The notes below the pieces were generated by a model. It had not been told where the DNA came from. It did no database searches and saw only the letters and a list, made by a program, of their open reading frames with translations. DNA of 64,000 nt from Eledone cirrhosa (Eukaryota). Location of the stretch: positions 305,908,001 through 305,972,000 of the forward strand of contig OZ024742.1 in assembly GCA_964016885.1 (NCBI GenBank), written 5' to 3'. Below are positions 43,610-57,199 of the stretch, piece after piece. The position numbers were made by a program, and so were the translations under genes. How positions within the stretch are numbered: the stretch's first letter is position 1; each line of letters opens with the position of its first letter.

Positions 43610-43977
43610 GTGTGTGTATATGTGTGTATGTGTATGTATGTATGTGTGTATATATATATTTATCTCTTTATATCTCCCCCCTCTCTCTCTCTGCCTCTCT
43701 ATCCATCCCTCCCACTATTATCTATTTAATTCTCCTTAACTCACTACACTCCACGACATGATGTCTGCTATCAAAACTGACCAAAGAATCCTTCCACCTC
43801 TACCCCTACCTCCACCTCAGTTTGTCATTCTACTTCCTACCTCTTCCCCCTTCCCCTCTCTCTATACTATGCCGTCTGTCCTCTCACCTCCTGATTCCTC
43901 TCTCTCTATACTAGTAAATACAATTCCAAATAAATGTTTTTCTCTATATATTAAAAACTATTTCAAGAGTAACTCAC

Positions 43978-44079
43978 TATTTTGAAAATTTGGACTGTTA
44001 ACAACAGTTATAATTGAGTGGCTGCTATTTGCAGTATAACAATATAAGGTTGCACTTACCAATGAAACGGTCGTAAATA
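43978..44079 (+). ncRNA. variant (U3-A8) hammerhead candidate in the inverted pseudo-LTR
   Basis: TATT-TTGAAAA-t TTGG [branched insert] CCAA t-GAAA-CGGTCG-TA-AATA. Confidence 0.5.
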
Positions 44080-44140
44080 CCTGGATTAAATCCTTCTCTT
44101 AATGCTTACCTGTGTTTTCTCTTTTATATATATATATATA

Positions 44141-45263
44141 TAGCTTAGAGTTTAGACTCAATGGGGTCATTTACAATCATTTCAGCTCTAAGAATCGCTT
44201 CTGAGCAGAATAAATTAATATTTGATGAACATTTACATGTTTTAGTTGCAATTGACTAATAAAATCGCTAGAATGAAATATCTTAATTCAACAACTTAAA
44301 GTTTGCCTGTACGATCTAAAAAATAATAAATCACTACTCACAGACTCATATGGACAATTAGTTAATTATTTCACTATTATACCATCCTTTGTGAAACATG
44401 TTTGAAGTTTGAAGTTCTGACCGATCTGCGGAAAAAGTTTGTATTTTGAATTTTAAACGTGTCTAGGTACAAAGGCTTTTTGCCCATATGAGTCTGTGAG
44501 TATTGATTTATTATTTTTTAGATCGTACAGGCAAACTTTATGTTGTTGAATTAAGATATTTCATTCTAGCGATTGTATTAGTCAATTGCAACTAAAATAT
44601 GTAAATGTTCATCAAATATTAATTTATTCTGCTCAGAAGCGATTCTTAGAGCTGAAATGATTGTAAATGACCCCATTGAGTCTAAACTCTAAGCTATTTA
44701 TCACTGCTCCCCCAGGTGAGCTGAATTTGTAATCCCATATAAACGGCTGTTATTTCTAGCACTATGTGTGGGACGTTAGAGGACTGGAATAAGCCGTGTG
44801 CAAAACCTCATGTATTTTCGCTACGCTAACCAGACCTTAGATATTTTTCTGAGGTGGAGTTTTGTAATTTTATCTGGGTACCTATTGATAAACACAGAAA
44901 AAGTTGATTAACTCACTGCTAATTAGTTAATTATTTCACTATTATACCATCCTTTGTGAAACATGTTTGAAGTTTGAAGTTCTGACCGATCTGCGGAAAA
45001 AGTTTGTATTTTCAATTTTAAACGTGTCTAGGTACAAAGGCTTTTTGCCCATATGAGTCTCTGAGTATTGATTTATTATTTTTTAGATCGTACAGGCAAA
45101 CTTTATGTTGTTGAATTAAGATATTTCATTCTAGCGATTTTATTAGTCAATTGCAACTAAAACATGTAAATGTTCATCAAATATTAATTTATTCTGCTCA
45201 GAAGCGATTCTTAGAGCTGAAATGATTGTAAATGACCCCATTGAGTCTAAACTCTAAGCTATT
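44141..45263. repeat. 564-bp-period direct repeat with an inverted ~215-bp copy
   Basis: 44357-44699 repeats at 44921-45263; 44141-44357 is the reverse complement of about 44480-44696. Confidence 0.9.
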
Positions 45264-45371
45264 TTGAAAATGTTATTTATTCATTATAAAAATTAAATGA
45301 TACCATTCTATATGTAGGTATGCCCCTTCATCTGACAACTAATACTTTTAGATCTAGACCGCCAATGTATA

Positions 45372-45467
<96 letters not shown>

Positions 45468-45488
45468 TATATATATATATATAGTTAT

Positions 45489-45610
45489 AATATAGATGAG
45501 ATTCTACAGGACTAGAACTGTTTCATTCTTTAGAAATCATCAGGAATTCTGATTCCTGATGATTTCTAAAGAATGAAACAGTTCTAGTCCTGTAGAATCT
45601 CATCTATATT
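45489..45610. ncRNA. perfect palindrome of two divergently oriented hammerheads (45500-45548 minus, 45551-45599 plus)
   Basis: GATTC-CTGATGA-t TTC taaa GAA t-GAAA-CAG ttctagtc CTG-TA-GAATC; 59-bp arms, 4-nt loop. Confidence 0.85.
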
Positions 45611-46215
45611 AAAACTTTTATACTCTGCAATGTATTGAGTACCTTACTTACTGTGGTTACCTCCGATTCAACCCGGAATAACGTATATATATTTTTTTTT
45701 TTTGTTCACCCCGTTTGTAAAATAAGTTGGATTACTTTGAAAAAACAACGAATGAATATTACATAATGTATGTGCTAAATTTCGTGGCTGTTGATTAAAT
45801 ATATTTTATAGCTTATTTAAAGATCTTTAAAATTTAATTCTTTAAAATTATCAAATGTCAACACTTCCGGTTAGCGGCCGTTATATTATAACATTTATAA
45901 TCGAATATATTTCCGTCGCTAATTTCTCCTAATGCATTTTATATATAATGTCGTCTTTTTTTTTATATATCTGGATTACTGATTACAGAAGACAGTGTAA
46001 CATAGGCTTTGTTCAATTTCTGTGTATATTCTCAATTACGATTTTATTTGATGTATCATATTTACATGCATATACATTTGTGTATAATATCAATATACAC
46101 TCTACACATGCTAGTAAATATAATGCCAATCATTGTAAGTTTGAATCGAATTGACATTCAAAAACATATATATAGAAATAAGGTAAGCCCAAATTATAGT
46201 AGATTCAAATATCAC

Positions 46216-46250
<35 letters not shown>

Positions 46251-46354
46251 GTTGTGGGAGAAATGAGGTGCAACATGGATTACAGGTTAAAATATAATTT
46301 AGATAGATGTGAAACAAAACGAGTATGTAGTTTAGGAACACCCAACGGATTTAG

Positions 46355-46808
46355 AAGTCGACCTTAAGTAGGAGCAATAACATTAAGAAATACATAAACG
46401 ACACCAGAACACTTTGTTTTGAAAATTTTGAAAGTAGATTTAGAAGTATGAATTTTCATACCTTTTTCGCAACTGTCTCTGTGGCCTAGTGGTATCTACT
46501 AGAGCCGGTGGAGATCGTGTCCTTGGGTTCAATACTGGTCATTAGGTACATGTAAACTTTTTCAATTTTTATTTTACAACCCATAGAAAAAAATTGAAAA
46601 GGTTTACTGGGAATCCTACTTCCGACCAGGATCGAACTTCAGACCAGGATCACCACAGTCTATGATTCCTCCAAGTAGTCCACCGAGGCAGCTACAAAAG
46701 TATATTGAAAATTAATAATTATAAACCTACTTTCAAAATCAAAGTTAAAAAGATGTGGTATCGTTCATGGATTACCTAGAGGTATTACTAATACTTAGGG
46801 TCGACATC
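46355..46808. mobile_element. imperfect palindromic element with a tRNA-like segment in each arm
   Basis: GTCGACCTTAAGTA/TACTTAGGGTCGAC outer match, GTAAACTTTTTCAATTTTT/AAAAATTGAAAAGGTTTAC inner match; TGGCCTAGTGG and GGTTCAATAC boxes. Confidence 0.6.
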
Positions 46809-47158
46809 TGGTCATTTTTGAAAGTCTCTGGATTTCGCAAAATACATAATATTTTTTATTGGAGAAGGTAAGATATTTTCCCGCAAATATTTGATATCAC
46901 TATTTTGTTTCCGCTTATGTATTTTTCGAGAATGTTATTTATTCATTATAAAGATTAAATGGTAGTATCCTATATGTAGGTGGGCCCCCTTCATCTCCTG
47001 GCAACAAATATTTTTAGACCCAGTCCGCCACTGTATATATATATAGAGAGAGGGGGATAGAGAGGGGGGCGAGAAAGGTAAATAGATAGATTGATAGACC
47101 GATAGATATAGAAACATATATATATATATATATAGTAATAATAATATATATATATAGT

Positions 47159-47244
<86 letters not shown>

Positions 47245-47264
47245 TGTGTGAGAGAGAGAGAGAG

Positions 47265-47296
<32 letters not shown>

Positions 47297-47599
47297 AGAC
47301 TAGATACCCTTTCTCTGAATGTGTGAGTGCAATCGCTTTAAGAAAATTATTTGTAATACGTGACATTCTAAAGACAGGATCATTGTCCGTAGACACCCTA
47401 TTGTATTGTAAGATATCTGGTGCAGTTGGCTTTACTTGATCTTCAACAATTCTTATCCTGCTTTATATTGATGATTGTGAATAATCATGTGATTTCCTTT
47501 CCGATAAAGATCGATGAATTTTAAATAAAATTTTCAATGAGGCTGCAAAATGACTACAAAGGCATAACCTCTAAAGAATCTTTGAACATTTCCATATTC

Positions 47600-47920
47600 G
47601 TGCTTAGAATGTCTCCATCTTAACCTCTTATCTCAACAGCTGGCATAATGCCTACTTGTGGCAGTAATTTCATTATTATGAAACCGCGAGTGGCATTTCG
47701 TGAAGGCATTAAAGTATTTTGAAAACGTAGCAATATACTTTGAGAGGTTTTGTAAGTTTTCAAGTTCTTGCACGTTAAATAACTTCCAGAAATATTGCTT
47801 GGTAAAAAAATGTCAACCACCTAGTGAATAGTATTCTTTATAGATTTGTCTCGACACAGATGTTAAGCTTAGGGCTATCTTTGTTAAGCAAATCTGTTAA
47901 AGAATCAATTCGAACCATGA
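47600..47920 (-). mobile_element. very old LINE APE endonuclease remnant
   Basis: RIDSLTDLLNKDSPKLNICVETNL resembles an APE N-terminus; heavily decayed. Confidence 0.35.
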
Positions 47921-49119
47921 TTATCCTCTATTTTATTCATAGAGTAACCTGGAATTTATTATTCTATATGTAACTGAATTTTAAAGACGACGGGTATTAT
48001 ACTGCTATTTTTAGTAAACCGATCGACCACCTTATTGGCTCTCGTGTTTTGTTGTTATGATTGGTGACATTAAATATCATTTCGTAATGCCTGTTGTAAT
48101 AATTCACGGTTATTATATCAGGTCAAACAATATACAATTGAAATCAGTATTACAGTATTTCAATAAACTGTTGCAAGTTCAATCTACATCATGAGAAAAC
48201 TTATTAATTGTATGTTAACTGCTACTAGCCAGACATATCGTATTACTCTGTCTATTGCTCTCTTCTCTTTGGATTTCAAGAGTTAATTTCCCCAGAATCT
48301 ACTATTATATTTACCTGTCACAAACTTTATCCTGTACACATTTGGCCTCATGTTGCCTCTTTTTCTTTGCACTTGCAACATTTTTAGATTTCTACTTACC
48401 TCGGCCCTTCTTTTGACCGTAAATCACGTAATAATTCCTCCATTGGAAATTATCGATGGGACAGGGGATAACTAGGGAGTATTTGTTCTTTATTGAGAAG
48501 TTCATTAATGAGTTAAGATTTCTCACAGTGCTCAAAACTGCGATTACTCAACGAAACTGCAGTTAGGACATTAAAGTGAAATGGTAAATTTTTTCTTTAT
48601 CCTGTTTACTTTTCCTAGATATAATTTTACTATGCTCTGACTAATTGATTTTTATTCATTTCTTCATGGACCAAAACTGGTAATGGTTGGGCTCCCTGAT
48701 ATATATATATATATGTATATAGGAAAATGTTAGACCCCGACGGCAGAGCTCAATCCATTTCGACGGTCCAGAAACAGCTTGAGCGCTACCGTCGAGGTGT
48801 AACATTTTCCTATTACCCACTCTACTACTCTAAGTATTGAGTACTCTGATGCGTTATTGTCCATCTGGTTCCTTACCACACCTCCTTCATTATATATGTG
48901 GTCTTTCTCACAGATGTGAGAAAGACCACAGACCCTCCATCTCGGCTCACCTTTTGGGGGGCGGAGGAGCTGCGAGACCGGTGGAGGAGCCAAGTGGATG
49001 TGTGTATTTTTTTGAAAAGGTAGGACTTCGGTTGCATTTTCGATTTCATCCCTTTTTCTTTATACTTCCACTCGTGTAGGACACCTCGGTTATTTTTCAT
49101 TTTGTAAAAAAAACCTCAC

Positions 49120-49126
<7 letters not shown>

Positions 49127-49173
<47 letters not shown>

Positions 49174-49274
49174 GTATGTGTGTGTGTATGTGTATATATG
49201 TGTGTGTGTATGTGTGTGTATATGTGTATATGTATGTGTATGTGTGTATGTATGTGTGTATGTATATGTGTGTG

Positions 49275-49351
<77 letters not shown>

Positions 49352-49462
49352 ATATATATATGTATACGTGTATATATATGCATACGTGTATATATATATA
49401 TATGTATATTTATATATATATATATATGTGTATATGTATGTTTGTATGTGTGTTTGTGTGTG

Positions 49463-49549
<87 letters not shown>

Positions 49550-49811
49550 ATGTATGTATATGTGTGTATATTTTTTATATATATGTATATGTTTATGTGT
49601 ATATATGTATATATGTGTATGTGTGTGTATATGTGTGTGTATGTGTATATATATATATATATGGGTGTGTGTATATGTGTATATGTATGTATGTATATAT
49701 ATATATATATGTGTGTATGTGTGTATATGTATATATATGTGTATGTGTATATATGTATATATATATATATATATATGTATGTATGGTGCTTTTTCCTTAT
49801 ATATTATTATA

Positions 49812-49874
<63 letters not shown>

Positions 49875-50135
49875 ATGTATGTGTGTGTGTGTGTTTGTAT
49901 GTGTATATATTTGGTTATGTGTATATATATATATATATGTATGTGTATATATGTATATATGTATATGGTTATATATATATGTGTGTGTGTGTGTTTGTGT
50001 GTATGTGTGTGTATATGTATATATGTGTGTGTATGTGTTTTTTTATATATATATATATGTGTGTGTATGTATATATGTATATGTATATATATATATTTGT
50101 ATACGTATGTGTGTGTATATATATGTGTATGTATG

Positions 50136-50210
<75 letters not shown>

Positions 50211-50463
50211 ATGTATGTGTGTGTGTTTGTATGTGTATATATGTATATATGTATATGGTTATATATATGAATATATATATATATATATATGTATATGTAT
50301 ATATATATATGTGTGTGTGTGTGTTTGTGTGTATGTGTGTGTATATGTATATATGTGTGTGTATGTGTTTTTTTTATATATATATATGTGTGTGTATGTA
50401 TATATGTATATATATATATATATATTTGTATACGTATGTGTGTGTATATATATGTGTATGTAT

Positions 50464-50524
<61 letters not shown>

Positions 50525-50712
50525 GGTGTATATATATCTGTGTATATGTATGTATATATGTCTATATGTATTTGTGTGTATATGTATACACATGTATATT
50601 TGTGTTTGTATGTATGTGTGTGAGTGTATTTATATGTGTATATATGTGTGTGTGTGTGTATATATGTGTATGTGTGTGTGTATATGTATATATATATGTG
50701 TGTGTGTATATA

Positions 50713-50789
<77 letters not shown>

Positions 50790-50930
50790 GTGTATGTATA
50801 TGTATGTATATGAATATATTTTTTATATATGTGTGTGTGTTTTTATGTGTGTATATGTGTTTGTGTGTGTGTTTATGGTTGCGCGTAAGTGTGTGAGTGA
50901 GTATGTTTTTTTGTTTTTTTGTGAATGTGT
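49127..50930. repeat. 1.8-kb compound (TA)n/(TG)n microsatellite with internal block duplication
   Basis: Directly visible. Confidence 0.95.
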
Positions 50931-51381
50931 CTGTTGATTTTTGGCATATAGTTGATTAGTTTAAGAGAAGTTCGAAGATAATTGTAAGATATGCACTCAG
51001 TATTTTGAATCTGTCTACAGAATTCTCTAGACCTCTGTCACTTAGTAGAACCTTAATGATTTTAGCTTTTAAAGAATCTCCCTTTTCTTTAATTCTATCG
51101 ACCATGAGTGACCCCCCACTGATTTTATGGACATCTGTTAGCTTAAGAGAAACTTAATGACAAGGAATGGTATGCCATCCGGAACCTGTTTATAGAATTC
51201 TGTCTGCCCTTGTTACTCTAAAAACATAAATAAATAAAAATAAAAATAAACTATAGCTTTGTAGAATTAGCTTTTAATGAATTCCCTTTTCTATCAACCA
51301 ATGACCTACACCCATCCCACTCCCCACCCTCTCCTACCACTTGTAGAGACCTATAAATACCATTTTTATTTTTTGATACCC

Positions 51382-51429
51382 AGATTCCTGATGATTTCTA
51401 ATGAATGAAACAGTTCTAGTCCTGTAGAA

Positions 51430-51432
<3 letters not shown>
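51382..51432 (+). ncRNA. type-I hammerhead ribozyme (same family as 45551)
   Basis: AGATTC-CTGATGA-t TTC taat GAA t-GAAA-CAG ttctagtc CTG-TA-GAATCT, then (TA)n. Confidence 0.85.
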
Positions 51433-51505
<73 letters not shown>

Positions 51506-51512
<7 letters not shown>

Positions 51513-51726
51513 ATGTAAGTTATCGCCGTATTTTGACTAAAGAAATTAAAGAAAATTATTTAGCCTGATAGTGGGGTTAAGAATCCTCAGAGAAATGGAA
51601 AAAGATGAGAATTGACGTACTACTCATCTTTTTCCATTTCTCCGAGTGTTCTTAACACCACTATCAGGCTAAATAATTTTCTTTAATTTCTTTAGTCAAA
51701 ATACGGCGATAGCTTACATTTATAAT
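51506..51726. repeat. ~105-bp-arm foldback between (TA)n tracts
   Basis: 51506-51610 pairs with 51623-51726 with few mismatches. Confidence 0.9.
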
Positions 51727-51758
51727 TTCAAACTCGCTTTTTCGAAAATATTCTTACT

Positions 51759-51837
<79 letters not shown>

Positions 51838-52205
51838 TACATATTCAATAAATTCGTAAACATCTCAATGAAAACGTAAACATAAACTCAGTGAGCATTT
51901 GAACATATTTAACTTTACCCAAAATCACGATTGGGGGAAATTTACACTTGATCAAATATATTAAGTCAGTTACACGTATATGACCGAAGCTGGTGTATTG
52001 TAGCTTTTCTAGCTTACGTTCCTCCAATCATGATTTGGGCTAAAGTTAACTATACTCAAATGCTCTCTGAATTGATGTGTATATTTTCATTGTGATATCT
52101 GAGTATATCAGTGTCAAATAACTTGCTGCTTCATATATATGTATATATATGAAAAAACAAGAAGTGTAAGTCAACAGGGTAAAATGAGTTTCGTTTATTC
52201 ATATT

Positions 52206-52265
52206 CGCTACTATATATATATTTCAGAGATAGCCTTTATTCAATAGCTGTGACCTCATCAGGCG
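52206..52265 (-). ncRNA. degenerate hammerhead ribozyme
   Basis: Minus: CGC-CTGATGA-(weak stem II)-GAAA-TATATATATAG-TA-GCG; lies within a 26-bp inverted repeat 52160-52185/52394-52419. Confidence 0.5.
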
Positions 52266-52498
52266 GTAAGGACTTGAACAGAAAAAATAGGAAATCTTCA
52301 TGTTGTAATAGATTTAAACCTTGTTAATTCATTGATATGCTCAGCTCCCTTGTGTGTTCTTAGTTCTCTAAGGAAGTGAAGGCATAGCAGCGAATTTTAC
52401 CCTGTTGACTTACACTTCTCGTTTATACATTACTCCGGAGTAAAAAGACCAACCTGCGCACTGAGGTGTCGGTAAACAACCAGCACGTACGCAAAATT

Positions 52499-52550
<52 letters not shown>

Positions 52551-52844
52551 GGGGTGCGCGCATGCGTGTGTATCTATATATGTTTTCTTCATGGTTTATA
52601 CACCAAACTATGAGTATTTCTGATAAATATTTATCAACTTACTTTGTTGATGTGTTGATAGTGTGGCTGTATATATTTTTTATTTCATTTGCTATACATA
52701 TATTTTATTTACAACTTGTGTATACATTTAGTAATGATCAAATAAAAGAGATGAAAATATTACAACGCATGTATCTTCCTTATCTTTTTAATCTTGAGAT
52801 GATTATCATTACTCTGGACAATTACTGATATATTCTTACTCTAG

Positions 52845-52955
52845 ATGAATAAAGCTTCAGAAAAGATGACCAATTATATACCAATTAGTTCTTTGAATAC
52901 AGTGAGTAAAATTAGCGAACATATTAATGTTTGTAAACTTCATGATTTAATAATG
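52845..52955 (+). mobile_element. CR1/L2-type RT remnant
   Basis: NYIPISSLNTVSKISEHI resembles NYRPISLL..VSKIFE. Confidence 0.5.
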
Positions 52956-53124
52956 AGTTTTCTGGCAGAAACTCATACAATAGAGACCAGTAATATCGTT
53001 TCTTTGAGGTTTTCTGGCTACAATAATCCTTTTATTTCGATACATTCTTACGTAGTATATATATATATATAAATATATGTATATATTTAAATATGTATGT
53101 ATATATATATATATATATATACAT

Positions 53125-53224
<100 letters not shown>

Positions 53225-53431
53225 ATGTATACATATTTATAATTGAGAAATATGTGTATATATTTTACAGCATTTATTTGTTTAATTTATATAATAAATA
53301 TATATTTATTCTCATAAACATAGGGAAATGAAAATACATATTTAACTATTTATTTATTTATATATAATTTCATCCATTTCTTCCCGTTTTCTATTTCCGC
53401 TATAAATGTTCATATATATATATACATATGC

Positions 53432-53576
<145 letters not shown>

Positions 53577-53926
53577 AGTGCGTGCGTATTTGTATAGAGG
53601 TATCTATATATATGCATACATTTACACATACATACATATATGTACATATATGTGCATATATGTACATATATGTATGTATGTGTACATATGTATGATATAT
53701 GTACATGTGTGTATGTGTTGTCTTGTATTGTGTGCATGTGTGCGCGCGAGTGTATGTGTATTTGTCTGTGGTAGACTCTGTATTTCTGTAACCATCTGAA
53801 TTTTGATATAAATGCATTTTAATTTTTGGGAAGAAATACGCTTTAATGAATATCAAATACCTACAATGTTTATTAGTTTGTTTCATCATTACTTCTGATT
53901 GAGAAACGCATTTGTTATTATTATTA

Positions 53927-54120
53927 TTTGGCAGTATCAGTAGAGGATTGGACACCATGCTTTGTAGCATAGTTACGTCCCTTTATGGTCTGAGTTCAAA
54001 TCCCGTCGAGGTTAACTTTGCCTTTCATCCTTACGGGGTCGATAAAATAAAGTACCAGTAATGTACTGGAATAATTGCTGGCCTTGTGCCAAAAGTAGAA
54101 ACAATTATTATTATTATTAT
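53927..54120 (+). mobile_element. main-family SINE flanked by (TTA)n
   Basis: A/B boxes, central domain, tail merging into (ATT)n. Confidence 0.9.
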
Positions 54121-56451
54121 TCTTTGAGTCTCAGTCATTGATGTTATTTAACTGGAAGGTTTGTTGAAATGAATATCAAGCCGCTACCTGCAGCCTCAGA
54201 TATTCAGGACGTATCGGAGGGTTCTCGCTGTTCCCAGCAAGCATGCCTTTTGAAGTGTTCCAAAAAGCGGGGCTGGACTAACTTTCTTTAACCATCCTTG
54301 GAAACTCTTTGAGATAGTATCTACTGCGCCTATGACAATCGAGACGACTCTGACTTCATGGCAGTTCCAAATCCTTTTTACCTCCCACTTTAATACCTGG
54401 TATCAGTTAATTTTCTCCCTCTCCTTTTCTTGCACTCTCGTGTCAAATGGGCAGTTTCTCCGTCTGTATCCTAAAATCCCATAGCACCTTCACCTGATCG
54501 TTTTCTATTGCCGACTCTGGCTTATGCTCATACTTCTCAGAATGTGGTGAATTGTTTACTTTGCATAGGTGCCAGTGGATCACCCTGCCCATCACATCAT
54601 GTCTCCAGCCTTTATAGGGAGACTGGGCTAGATGTTTACACTCGGATATAATGTGAGCCACAGTCTCCTCTCTCTCCCCACAGATCCTACACAGATCCTA
54701 CACTAGCCTTCTCCTTATAAATATGTTGTTTCAGCCACTTCGTTTTGGGTGCCTGCTCTTGCGCAGCCATTATCATTCCTTCTGTAGCCTTTTTAAGGTG
54801 TCCTCTTTTTAACCAGTTCCATGACTGTGGATCTCTAAATTCAGTTTTCTCAAAGAAGGTACTATGAGGGGATTTTCGTGAACGTTGCTCTTCCTCATTG
54901 TTGTTATTTCCTCCTTGGACATCCCCTGGTCTATTGTTCTCTCCTTCAGTACCATTCTGAGCATTGGCTCCCTACTGTCGGTCACGTATTTGTGCAGGTT
55001 GTTTTTTCTCCATCTGAACACAGTCCTCTATTCTGATAAGACCTCTTCCACCTTCAGATCTCTTTAAGTAGAGTCTATCGACATCACTCCTCTTGTGGAA
55101 CATGTTGTAGATAGTCAATAGCTTCCTAGTCTTCCTATCCATTTCTTTTTGTTCAGCAACATTCCATTTCAGAATTCCCGCACTGTACCTAATAATAGAC
55201 ACAGCTCGGGAATTCACTGCACTTATGGCATTCCTACTATTTAGATGTGATTTTAATGCGCTCCTTACTCTCCTAATGTAGTCAGATCTTATCAATGCCT
55301 TCATTCTTTTGTTGTTGTTTTCATCCAGAACACCTAAATATTTGTATCCTTTATCAGCTCACCTGTTAGTACTTGGATTCCGTTGTTTCTGCTCAATTTA
55401 CCCCGCTTCATCACTAGGACTCCACACTTATTAATACAAAATTGCATACATATATCACTGCTGAAAATACGGAAAGTGTCAACAAGTACATCCAACTCCT
55501 TCTCACTCTTCTCAAAGAGTTTAAGATCGTCCATGAAGTGGAGGTGGTTGATGGTAAGCTCTCCTTTTCCCAACCTGTATCCTGCTCTCACTTTTCGTAG
55601 TATAATGGTCAGGAGTATCAGGGCAAGGACAAACAACAGAGGGGACAGACTATCTCCCTGGAAGAGACCTCTCTTGATATTCACGCCTCCCAAGGATTCT
55701 CCACCCGATGTTAATTCTGTTTCCCAGGACTTCATACTTTTGCTCAACAACTGTCTGATGTTATCTGACAACTTGAAGATCTCTAGGATTTTGGTTATCC
55801 AAGAATGAGGTACCATGTCGAATGCTTTTTTGTAGTCTATCCATCACATGGCAAGACAGCGTGTCTCCTCTTGTAATTCCTCATTACCTTCTTATCAATA
55901 AGTAGTTGGTCTTTTGTACCACGGGACTTCTTTCGGCATCCTTTCTGTTCGTCCGGGTAATAAGTTGTTTGTGTGGAGGTGATGGTAGATTTCCTCAGAC
56001 TCAATGCTTGTTAACAGTTTCCACATTACGGATAGAGATGTGATAGGTCTATAGTTGGTAATATCATTACCCTTGATTCGGTATTTCATTACCAGGACTG
56101 TGGTACCTTTTGTCAACCACTCTGGTACCTCACCCGACATCAAGCAGTCATTGAACATGGTTGTCAGTTTCGGGTGGTAGGATATTATATGTTTAATCCA
56201 ATACCCCTCACACCATCTGGGCATGGTGATTTCCAGTTGGTTAGTTTTGGCCTGCCGTTTAAGAGTTTCAACTGTGATACTTAAATCAGTTTGTTGGTGT
56301 GCTTGTTCACTAATCTCCTTTTGTACTGTTTCAATCCATACTGCCTGGTCATTGTATTCAACGTCCTGCTCCCATATTCCACTCCAGCATGTCTTAGTCA
56401 GTTCCGCCTCAAGAATAAAGTCGTTGCTTCTTCCTTTCCCTTCAATCTGCC
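54121..56451 (-). mobile_element. R4/Dong-type RLE LINE, family A, 5'-truncated and decayed
   Basis: NYRPITSL, GLFQGDSLSPLLF, HLHFMDDLKLF, LYLKRSEGGRGL, HIISEC...RHD; (TAA)n at both ends. Confidence 0.9.
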
Positions 56452-56488
<37 letters not shown>

Positions 56489-56510
56489 GTTATTATTATT
56501 AGTAGTATTA

Positions 56511-57181
56511 TTACAGCTGCATTTATTTTGCTTTATGTTCATACGAGTTATCACCAAGTCACAACCAGTGACCTCAAGAGACAACAAGGTCCGCCATGTT
56601 CAAGAAAGAACATACATACTCACACATGCATCTTTAGGTGTTTAGACTTGTGATGTACTTATATTGACAGAATCTTCCTTAGTATATGGGCAGTTCCCAT
56701 TAGTACTATATTTTGTATTTCTCCTATACGCGGGTTTCCTGGGATTAATCCAATTGTTGCAGTTTTCAATGCAATGTCTAACTGGATTAACCCACGTCTT
56801 CCTTCTTTCCTAGGGAGATACATTCTATCTATATCTGCCTTAGGGTGATGCATTCTGTGCATGGTTAAGAATGTTCGAATGTTTGTATCGAGCCTACGGA
56901 TCTCTGTGCTTGACCAGTTGATGACATTGTAACTGTAGGTTACTACTGGTATGGCAAGCGTGTTTATGGCATCGATCCTATTCTTGCATTCAATTCCGTT
57001 GTTAAGATTGCTCTTACTCTGCGGTAACATTCATTCCTTATCCTTTCCCTCATTGTCGAGTGCTTGATTCCGTCTCCTTCACAAACACCTAGATATTTGT
57101 AAGTTTTTTCCGGTATTTCTTGGTCACGGGGTTTTCTTTTTTGTTGTTTTTTAAATAGTTATTATCATGAGTGGTTCCTTA
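56511..57181 (-). mobile_element. internally deleted derivative of R4/Dong family B
   Basis: 3' end matches 57200-57432 and is joined to sequence matching 58326-58692; (TAA)n on both sides. Confidence 0.85.
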
Positions 57182-57199
57182 ATTATTATTATTATTATT

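Larger units (their letters stand above)
37292..44128 (-). mobile_element. 5'-truncated Penelope-like element (Naiad-type) with inverted pseudo-LTR carrying nested insertions
   Basis: RT+GIY-YIG at 38330-40560; 37426-37950 is inverted at 43609-44128 and 38110-38144 at 40559-40592. Confidence 0.85.

Noticed and set aside
46929-47035. hAT-like terminus (CAGTGGCGG, minus strand), related copy at 45265-45372
   Set aside because: Both copies have the same orientation, with no partner TIR or 8-bp TSD, so no element can be delimited
49097-50937. Long ORFs (368-589 aa) of YI/CV/HT repeats, also at 2.6-5.8 kb
   Set aside because: Stop-free translations of dinucleotide microsatellites
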